Shown: positions 51,430 through 61,176 of the stretch, piece by piece
How the letters are laid out: every line of letters begins with the position of its first letter
Position numbering within the stretch: position 1 is the stretch's first letter
NCBI RefSeq assembly: GCF_964204645.1
Contig: NC_134036.1
Span: 11,387,859-11,451,858, forward strand
Length of the DNA: 64,000 nucleotides
Origin: Tubulanus polymorphus
Lineage: Eukaryota; Animalia; Nemertea
Direction of reading: 5' to 3'
The notes under the pieces: generated by a model
What the model was told of the DNA's origin: nothing
What the model saw: only the letters and a program-made list of their open reading frames with translations
Database searches by the model: none
Position numbers and translations under genes: made by a program

Positions 51430-54400
51430 GTGCCACTGTTGAGATTTTAGTCGACGACCAGAACAACATGCTTGGTATATTCTACCAATCAAAAGATATG
51501 CAGAAGATGTTTCAGTCATTCCCGGCATTACTGATGGTGGACGCGACATACCGGTTTCACGACCCCAGCTTGCCACTCTATCTGCTACTTGTAGTCGATG
51601 GCAATGGTGAATCCGAGATAGTTGCCATTTGGTTTGTCGTACGTGAATATCCTGATATTTTGTCTAAAATGGTACAGTTTTTCAAAAAGCACAACCCCAA
51701 TTACGAGAGTGTGCAAGTGCTCATGAGTGACAAAGACATGAATGAGCGAGATGTTTTCCGTGAGGAATTGCCACAGATTGAACTCATGTTTTGTCTATTC
51801 CATGTGGTGCGCAGGTTCCGGAGAGAATTTTCTATGGAGAAGATGGGGTTCTCTTCGGCGCAGCGTACAGTTATTCTCGAAATTCTATCGAAATTGGCAT
51901 TAGCGAAAAGTGAGGAAGAATATGATCACAACTACAATTCGTTGTGTGATTTTGGAATCAGGACTGTAAATGACTATTACAATGTCAACTGGCACCCCAT
52001 ACGCAGCGAATGGGTGGAATTCCACAAGAATCAGTATTTGAATTATATAAACCGTACAAATAACCGCTTAGAAACCATCAACCAAAAGCTTAAGTCGGTA
52101 ATTACCAAAGGTTCAAGTATGGTTATGTTTTGGCGGGATTTGATGCACTGTCTGAGCACCCTTAAAATAGAACGTGACCATCGTGCTGTTGCTATTGAAA
52201 CCAAGGTCACGGTTAGAAGCTACACATCAGATAGTGTTCTGGCAAAGTATGAAGATCTCCTCACTCCGTATGCGTTTGGATATTTGAAGAAACAGATAGA
52301 ATTGGCCAGTGATGAAAATATACGGTTGCCACTGATGATGACACAGTTTACAAGTTATATTATAAATCTGGGCATGAAACCAAAGGAGTTACAATCAGTA
52401 CCTGTTCGTGTAGTTTTTACTGTAGTATGTCACTGCCTTGTAGGCATATTTTAGCCTGTCGTTCTTACGTTAAAGGCCGACTTCAAGTATAAAAGGCTCA
52501 TCATCTGTCAGACATGGCAGTATCTGTGAACCCATGGAGCAGTCAAGAGCTCCGCCGTTGAAACTGGATTTCCCTAATATCTCTGTCAGTTAACCGATTT
52601 GGACCCTCCTTTTTGTCAGGGATATGTGTAAACATGTAATATAGTCATATCTATGGCTTAAAATTTAGTTTAAGCCCTCCTTCATGCATAAATTAGCAAT
52701 TAACTAAGTGCATTCTTCAAATTTTCAAATCTTTGAATGACAAGCTGGGAGGAGTTATTCACCTCACCACAGAGAGCACAGTGACCTGTAGTCATAAACC
52801 TATATAAACAAAACAGTTGCAGCTCTCTAGTGCGTAATTTTGGGGGTTAGAAAACTTGTAGTTGAAGTTGAAAGTTGTATCAACTGAAAGTTGTACCAAA
52901 CTGAAAATTTATATATCATCTTAACTCCTCATCAGTAACAATGTGTGAAAATTTCATCAAAATCGGACAAAAATTGAATAAATTGAAAATACAGATTTTA
53001 TGTTCAACTCCATTATTACTGGAGGAATTCTTACAAAAAAACATCTACAAAATCAATTACTATGACCAAAATGATATCAAACGTATACGAAAAAAGTTTT
53101 TTTTTATGTGTCACTGTGATACTGTGTGATACTGGTGTGAGCCAGCAAACACTATAAACAAACTACCGCTTGCTAGTTGCTAGTGGGATGTGGCCTGCAC
53201 TGCAAATCTCAAGTACCAACCGGTGGGTTTTTGGACCTCCATTTGGGTCGGCCTTTAAGCTGAATGTGTTTGACGAAACTCTTTGTGCAATTCGATGGAC
53301 TAAGAAGTTTTATCGGGAAAACCATAGGGTTTTCTTAACCCAAAGAACAACAACTGTGCAACAGGCAAATGTTGTATGTCATACTAGTACTCAACGCAGA
53401 GTGATGTCCCAGCACGAGAAATACAGCAAAATTTCAAGTGTGATGCATAGTATTGCTGGGGTCATAACAGATATGGGAATGCGTGATTTTCATCAAGCAC
53501 ACAGACTTATGAAGGAAATCGAAGGCCACCTGTTAAATGGTAGAAGATTTTCTGTCACTCTGATGACTGAAGAGGGTAAGGCATTTGAGGGATTTGTCTC
53601 ATTCGTGGACAGGCGGTTTTTATTTCATAAAAAATGAAAAGAAATAATTTTTCAGATGGATCAAGCGTTCATGAACATGAAGACATTGATTCTCCGGTTT
53701 CTGAAGATAACAATCCTGATAGAGATGCTTCTTCTGTAAGGGAACCGGTATTTAAACAGTTGTTGAAAGGTAGCAGTCTTTTGATGTAAATATTTTTCAA
53801 GAACAAATAACCGTGTGCAGTGAGTGAATGAATAATTCAACTTTCTCCCATGAATCAATTAGGTATATTTACTATAGGTAAAATTGAATTTGTTTTGAGA
53901 AATACTCCTAGCCCATAGACTGTAGGATAGAGCTCTCACAAAAGAATTCGAAATTAACTGCATGTGCGTGTTTGTGCCTTATTATGCTTATTCTTCCAAG
54001 TAACAAATAAATATTATTTCAGACCGGTCTCTTCGTTATTTTGGAGGAGGTGGGAAACAAAAAAATTCTTGCAAATTTGGCCGAGGTTGCAGAGACTAAA
54101 CGTCACATTGGTAGAGAAATGCTTCGATATCGCACACCAGATGAGAAAATGTATCAAGTGTCGAAGCGCCATGTTGCCATTGTAGAAATGATGGGTGCAA
54201 CCATAGAGGATTTTGTACCAGTAGTCTTGCGGCATGTGCCGGATCTAAAAGACTGCTATCCCTAATTTCCAATATAACATACTTCTATATAACAGAGAGT
54301 CCTAGACTCAGCAGTTTGGTAGACAACGGTCCATTCTAAGAGACTTGTGGGTAAAACCAGGACTAACTATACTGCAACGCCCCCTATATGTTATCCCGTA

Positions 54401-55252
54401 ACGCGACTTTTTTGCATTTTTGGTCTTTGCGCACATTTTAGTTACCAAAATTTTCTTTCAGTATGGAAGACGATAATCTTCTTCTAACCGGCATGGATCC
54501 AGTAGTAATGCTGGAACGGATCGACCGTAAGTTATCATCGATTATTTACCATTTCGATTTTTATACATTTTCATATGCAATTTTTCTCCACTTTAGTCAA
54601 ACAAACGAAGAGGAAGTGGGTTATACTCAGATCCAGCGACAAAACCCAGCATTAACATTAAGTGATAAGTTATCGAGTATTTACTATTTCGATTACTTAA
54701 TACATTTTTTATTGCAATTTTTCTTCTTTTTAGAATTGTCGATATACGACTTCTCTGCGGATAGTTTAGAGGCCAATAAAGACGCTGTTCAGGGTAAATT
54801 ATCAACGAGTATCCATCATATCGATTTCTTGTAGATTTTCGTAAGCGGTTTTTTTCCATTCCATACGACAAGACCCAGCAGTGTCATTAGATGGTAAGTA
54901 ATCAACGAGTATCCATCACATCAGTTTTTTTTCCATTTTAGCAAAATCGGTACGACCAGACGAAGATGTCACATATACACAAATACAGCGACAGATACCT
55001 GCAGACGCTGCAATGGAATCGTGCGACGAAGACGTAGATATAACAAATTCTGGAGTACAGCGTTGAGTGCCGGCAGGAAAAGGAAAAGATTTCTACGATT
55101 TTCCATACGCAATCGAACCACTTCGATTCACTAAGATCATGCGCAAAAAGTCCAGGTTGAGCCTATTTAACATGATGCACGCCGTAGAAAGATTCGAGAA
55201 ATCACGTGTTAAAGTGGACTTCGTAACTTTTGTTGGTGCCAATACGATGGAG
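51430..55252 (+). pseudogene. Spliced MULE transposase (PF10551-type) with SWIM finger, disrupted
   Basis: LMVDATY, MSDKD, CLFHV, TNNRLETIN. After a frameshift near 52315, CSCSFYCSMSLPCRH; the frame resumes at 53259 after a TTAA insertion. Further exons at about 53657-53736, 54023-54265 and 54942-55252. Confidence 0.8.
52474..53254. mobile_element. Non-autonomous Kolobok-type element
   Basis: TTAA|AGGCCGAC...GTCGGCCT|TTAA; its removal restores RSYVK-LNVFDE. Confidence 0.85.
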
Positions 55253-56065
55253 GTGAGTAGCCAATGATTATGCAATAAAGTCACGTTTACATTTTGTTGT
55301 TGATATTTAAACATGTCTAATTCTACTATTAGCTATCGATTAAGTCGAGAGAAGATTTTGAAATTTGCGCTGGCATTTTATCCGATGTGGCCGGTGTTTC
55401 TAAGAATTTGCAGCCTCGTGTTACCCAGTTGTGTTACCCAGTTATTGTATAGTGATTGTATGTATAGTGTTTATATGGTATTACTGACTTCAGTCTGAAC
55501 AGTGTGAATCATTCAGTGTTTATACTTGACTTACCCCAATAAACTCTACCTATATAAATATCTGTTTACTGACCACAGTCAGTCCCAGCCACAGTGCTTT
55601 AATAAATGTACGTACGTTGTAATATTATACGCGGATTTTCACAGAAATATTTCTCGTCCAGCTACAATTAAGCTTTGATAAACTACTGTTTGTATTTGTG
55701 TGTTGTATACAAAAATAATCTACGAAAATGAAAAGATTCAACAATTTGTAGAAAGAAAATTTAGTTTTTCCAAACTGTTTTACTATATATTTGCAGCTGT
55801 ATAAAAATCGAATTTCATTAACTGAATATCACACCGTTACCAGGCCACAGTAAATACGGTTTCAAGTTGTATGACTACGTGGGGTGGGGGATAAGGGGGA
55901 AGGGGAGTATATTTAATGATTGAAAGGCTGCGATTCATAGTAACCATTTTACACTAATAGGTTCTTTGACACGATTTTCAAGGGCAGTGATTCCTTGATT
56001 AATTTCCAATTCTCAAACAAAATGTCCTACTGTAAATCGATGTGAATAAAATTTTAAATCAGTGG

Positions 56066-57013
56066 TTATTTGCTTGAATTTCTACAGCAGATTTTCATAC
56101 AGACATATTCACGAATTTCTCGTCCCAGTAAAAGATATATGTAGAAATTTACCACATAGTTACACATTACGAATTGTGTGAAAATGTCATATAGAAATTC
56201 TTTCTGTTCCGTAAGGATTGGTAAAAATGCAGCAATAGTGGTTGGAAGTGTGAATATTGCAAATGCGAGTGAAACTGTTACAAGCATCATTGTTGTACGT
56301 TTCGATTTTGCAGTTTTCTTATCAGACGAAAGCATTTTTGTACCTCTGAATAACTGAATAATTATGATAGAATTTGATATTAGAATCAACGATAAAGGCA
56401 AAACAAAAGCGTAGACACCAAGTGGAGTATGAAATTTCATTTGGACAATTAATTCATAGTAACATCCGAAAAACTGGTCGTCAAAATGTATGGACAAAAC
56501 AGCGGGAAGTTGAACCAGTACAGTCACTGAAGTGATTATCAATATAGCAAATCTAGCGAATCTACGTGTACATATCAAACGAGAAGTGAACGGAAAGAGA
56601 ACAACTGCCGCACGTTCTAGAGATATAGCCACCAATAACCAGGAACTGCTAGAATTGGCACCTGCCATCAATATTTCATATATCTTACAACTGATCAGTG
56701 AATTCATGATGAAAATAAGACCAGTGTTTAGATTCAAGAGAACAAACTGTAAAACAGGCATCAGTGTAAAATGTATACAGAACAGGAAATCACAGACTGA
56801 TAAAATGACAAGATAGTTAGCGTAAGATAAACTGCGGAATCTGCGACTCGTCATTATGAGAAAAGTAGCTGAATTTCCAAATACTCCAAACAGAAACACG
56901 ATAGGCAGAATGACCAACGACACTGTACGGTACGTTCCAGACCTGTTCTCCACCGACATTAGAATGATGTAACTGCTATACGTTCGGCCAATTCGAATCT
57001 TAGTTGAATTCAT
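56066..57013 (-). CDS. Intronless class A (rhodopsin-like) GPCR, invertebrate FMRFamide/peptide-receptor-like expansion type
   Basis: Seven hydrophobic segments; GVFGN, LSVCD, CK, SLERA..V.FP, FVLP, FTLP, NYVVNFYIY; N-terminal NxS/T sequons; C-terminal CC. Confidence 0.93.
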   Translation of the reverse strand: MNSTKIRIGRTYSSYIILMSVENRSGTYRTVSLVILPIVFLFGVFGNSATFLIMTSRRFRSLSYANYLVILSVCDFLFCIHFTLMPVLQFVLLNLNTGLIFIMNSLISCKIYEILMAGANSSSSWLLVAISLERAAVVLFPFTSRLICTRRFARFAILIITSVTVLVQLPAVLSIHFDDQFFGCYYELIVQMKFHTPLGVYAFVLPLSLILISNSIIIIQLFRGTKMLSSDKKTAKSKRTTMMLVTVSLAFAIFTLPTTIAAFLPILTEQKEFLYDIFTQFVMCNYVVNFYIYLLLGREIREYVCMKICCRNSSK

Positions 57014-57539
57014 GATTCACGAGAATTAACTCAGTTCGGTTTGCTCCAGACCTGTTCACTATACGCATTATAGCAATGTAACTGTTAAACTGCATCTGAG
57101 TTGAATTCATGATTCGATTACGTGTCAGAGGTGTATGGACTGATTATATCAATAGACTGAAGCTACGTGCAAGCCATGACGTATATTCATTTACGCACAC
57201 AATTTATTGTTCGCATCAAATGAAAAACAAATTCTCAGAAATCTGACTGAAATTATTAACCCGTTAGCACTCAAGCTACCCGTATCCGCCAAGACTAATA
57301 CTCCTCAAACCACCCGAATTTTCCCGGCACTTTTTTCGTATGCTGCACGAAAACAATTATAGTGAGACTCGAGCCCAATAGCTTATGATCAACTAGACAA
57401 CTAAGTTCTTATAATACCGATCGGAAATCAACATCCTCCTATTTCAATTTCTCAAATTTGAACATATGATTATAATATTAATAGATTAAAAGTTATTTTC
57501 AAAGATTTGTTAATAAAACCAAATTCTGAAATATTTCTA

Positions 57540-57930
57540 TCATAAAAGATAGAATAAAATTATTATCTAAATTAGAAGGTATCACAATTCTTTCAATTCT
57601 TACAGCTGTAACTATGATATTTAAAACAATAGGCTTAGCTATATCAAAGTCATTAAAATCTACACCGAACCCTAATAAATCGGATAAACCTCCAAGTCAT
57701 AATTCTACACAAGATAAAGTTAAAGACGGTTTAAAAAAATTAGCAAAATATCAATGGGAACTATCTAAAAATCTGCAGCAGCGTTACCCGGAATTATTGT
57801 TAGTTTTGTTTTGAAGTCTGCAGGAAATATTATTAGCTTTGCTGCTGATCATATAATATTATTTTTAATCAGTTGTTTGCGCAATTATTTTTGGATTCGT
57901 GAACATGATAAAAAGTAACGTTATTTCTTA
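57540..57930 (+). pseudogene. Maverick-associated amphipathic/TM protein C-terminus preceding the capsid gene
   Basis: IKDRIKLL..EGITILSILTAVTMIF...VKDGLKKLA..SAAALPGII.SFVLKSAGNIISF (frameshifted), recalled as the ORF upstream of MCP in invertebrate Mavericks. Confidence 0.55.
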
Positions 57931-57934
57931 ATAA

Positions 57935-58686
57935 ATGGCTAGTGGAAGTGCTATAAATCCTTCTAAGAATTCTAGAATATCTAATGCAATTAAAGCAGAA
58001 AGATCTCATCATATCATTTCTCATAATCCATCTAATATTAATCCTGTTGAAATTTATATGTTAGAATTCCTCGATTAACACAAAATACTTTTTATGTTCC
58101 AAATAGTATTTATCTATCAGCTGATATAAAAGTAACTGGTAATAATAATAATTATGTCGTAGATAATGTTGGAAGATATTTAATTACAAAATTAACAATA
58201 AAGATCGGTCCGGACACAATTTTTACATTAGGTGATTATGATTTATTTACGCATTATAAAGATTCATGGTTAGCAAAAGAAAATAGAAATAACATGATAT
58301 TTCAAGTCATCCAATCAGAAAACCAAAATAAATTAAGATCTGAAGCACATAACGCAGTAGTAACTATTTATGGAAGCAAATATAAAATTCCATGAGACTT
58401 TGAATTGATAAATAATAATGCACCTTTGTATAAATATGCTATACAAGAAGATACTATATTCGAAATAATATTTGCTCCTGTTTATGAAATTGTATTATCT
58501 AGCGTTGTTAAAGATATGGACCCAGTTCCACAGTTGTGAGTTAGAGTTGACACTGAGTAAAAGTTAGTTCATTTTCAATGTTTTAACCCAGGGTCAAATC
58601 TTAACTCAGAACTGTGGAACTGGACCATGGATTTTAAATTATCAAATATTTGTTTAGAATATGAGACAGTAACTGATGAAAACTTA
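57935..58686 (+). pseudogene. Maverick/Polinton (adintovirus-like) major capsid protein, N-terminal half
   Basis: SHNPSNINP..LYVRIPRL..YVPNSIYL..VVDNVGR..DYDLF.HYKD.W..YGSKYKIP*DFE..PLYKY..LSNICLEYETV; frameshift, stop and MITE insertion. Confidence 0.75.
58519..58626. mobile_element. Harbinger-type MITE (108 bp) inside the capsid gene
   Basis: GACCCAGTTCCACAGTT...AACTGTGGAACTGGACC with 3-bp TSD ATG. Confidence 0.85.
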
Positions 58687-58689
58687 AGA

Positions 58690-59330
58690 TCCACTTAAGA
58701 TGTATGGTTCATTTACGACGTAATATTGAAAAGTTGATGACATAACTTGCTTTGCCTGTTAGTATACGGCAGGTCATTTTGAAGGATATTTTTTGATCAA
58801 AATCAGAGTTAGGGTTAGTTCATAGCACAAGCATCAATTTCACTGAACGCTTAGCTTTACTAGAGAAGAAATGGAGTGATCTGGAATAATCCTATGAAAG
58901 AGAACGAACATTTTTCCCCACAATTCAAATCTCATTTTGCAAATATATTGAGAGATCATGGTCTTGTCCCAGAAAACGTCGAATTTTCAGGATATGCTAT
59001 CTATGATGGCAATAGGGTTGAATCTCTGAATGCAAAATTAAGAAGATTCACTAATTTTAAGGAGAACGATATTGACCGGTTTGTTACAGAGCTTCAATCA
59101 ATTGTAAAGCAGCAAAAACTTAATGTAGAACAAGCCTATCTGAATGGTGATTGGAGATTGAAAGATCAGTCAAAGCGTATTGGTGGGAAGGAGATCTTCA
59201 CTTCTTCAACCATACAGAGGAAAGAAATTCTTACCTCTGTACAGCAGTTACCTGTTAAGATTTCAGCTCCATCTGCCCTATCTTCGACAGTACATTTGCC
59301 TCGATTGCATCAATCAGTTTTCTCACCTCA
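58690..59330 (+). pseudogene. Second Mutator-like transposase remnant
   Basis: RCMVHLRRNI (CxxH), ILKDIF..GLV, KW, GNRVESLNAKLR, Q..NVEQA..GDWRL; internal stops. Confidence 0.6.
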
Positions 59331-61176
59331 TCGCTGCAACCACATTCTGCTGCTCTGTCGGCGCCTTTAATTTCTGTTTGTCACGACCTTGCATTCATAG
59401 CTTCTAATATTCATGCATTCTGCATGCCTGCATAGCTTTTTAGCTAGCTGTGTGTTTCTTGGGATCAGCGCACCTTTCTCAATGTGACCATTCAACCATA
59501 GCGGTCAATTCTATATAAGATTTGGTTTAAGCGTCATTCCCCTAGACACGACAAACCCGTTCAGCTGTTAGGACACCGTATTCGGTGTAATATATTAACA
59601 CATGTATGCTGTTCACGGTGTAAGTTAAACTATTCTAATATTCATTCTTAATAATCATTCCAAGCAAATTGCTTGATAGATAAACCATTGTATTGTACTA
59701 TCTTCGGATAAATCTTCGTATTATAATCAAATAACGTTACCATTGAGACGCACGTTTGGTTTGCAGGGTTTATGACCCTCATAAATGCCAGTAACAGTAA
59801 CTGTTGTTGTCTTAGATACGTCAGTTGTGTGTGCGTCTCGAAACCTCCCGCACTCAAGCTACGTCAGTGAGCGCGGTTAACTTATGGTCGTCAACATTCA
59901 CTACATCATGGGAGGCTCGTCATACGTTGATCAGTGTGCACACATCAAGATCGCGTCCTACTGGGATACCACCACGGCTCACTACTGGAGAAGTGTGAAC
60001 AAACTCTACTGTAATTAACTGTAGAGGTAAAGTTAGAATTAACTTGTAACTCGTTTTGTTTTAAGAATTCTTGTTGTCCGTTTGTTGATTCTCTGCTATC
60101 GGATATCCTGTTGGGGTTTACCACGGACAGTCGTGACACAGATGGTTCTAGACCGGGTTCTTTGGGGAACGATTGTAGGTTGTATGTTTTTAGCTTATAC
60201 CAATCCTCATCTGGATGAAAAGCTTGATGACGAAAAATTAATAAAATCGTGTCAAATTAATATCATATAAAATTTGTTATTATGAAATCTCATGAATCAA
60301 AATATGAATGATACATAGATTTACAATAAATGCTACAAAAATAGTAACACCAATTGGTAGTAGTCATACTGTCCCGGTATAGGCGGGTGTGGTTGTGGTT
60401 TACCGGAAGTGACGTAATCCAAGATGTTGACCGGATGTGACGTATCCAAGATTGCGGGGAAAAATACATCCGGCCAGTTCGGGCAAAGCTATTTCGAATA
60501 CGAGTCTGGGCAAGATTTTTGTAACAATAGAACCAGCATCGCCACCTACAATCCATCGACAATAGACAGGTCATTTCATTTAGAGACGAGACACACAACG
60601 AGCAACATGTACTCACCGGTTATCTCATCGTCACCTAACGAAAACTTCGTCATGTAACTTATGCACCTGTAAAACGACCTTATCAGCAACAAAAAACGGA
60701 TAAATCAGTACCAAAGGAGAATAAAAGTAAAAAGAATCTTGATATAGGGACTCGCTAATCATAGTAATGTAGCTACCACTATCAATAAATATCGTAGACG
60801 CGAACATATATTCTATGTATATGTAACCTAGTTGTAAGTTGGTCTGTTCATGATTTATGCATATGTGACCAATAAACTAAACGAAACTAAACAGAGATTT
60901 TCCCCGTTGTTTCAAAACAAGTCCAGGTTATGGCCTGACTCTATCACTTTTATCTGCATTGATGGTGAGTATGTCATTATGACACCACTACGTCATTGGG
61001 CTTTACGATAAATAAATATCTTGGGTTGAGGGTTTAAGAAATGTAGTATCCATTGTCCTTCAAAGAAATAATGCGCCGTAAAGAAAACGACCAGATGTCA
61101 GACGTAGGAGTAGGGGATAACATGAAAACCACTTAACTAATTACTTAACACTATCTTTTTGGTGTGCAATATGTTA

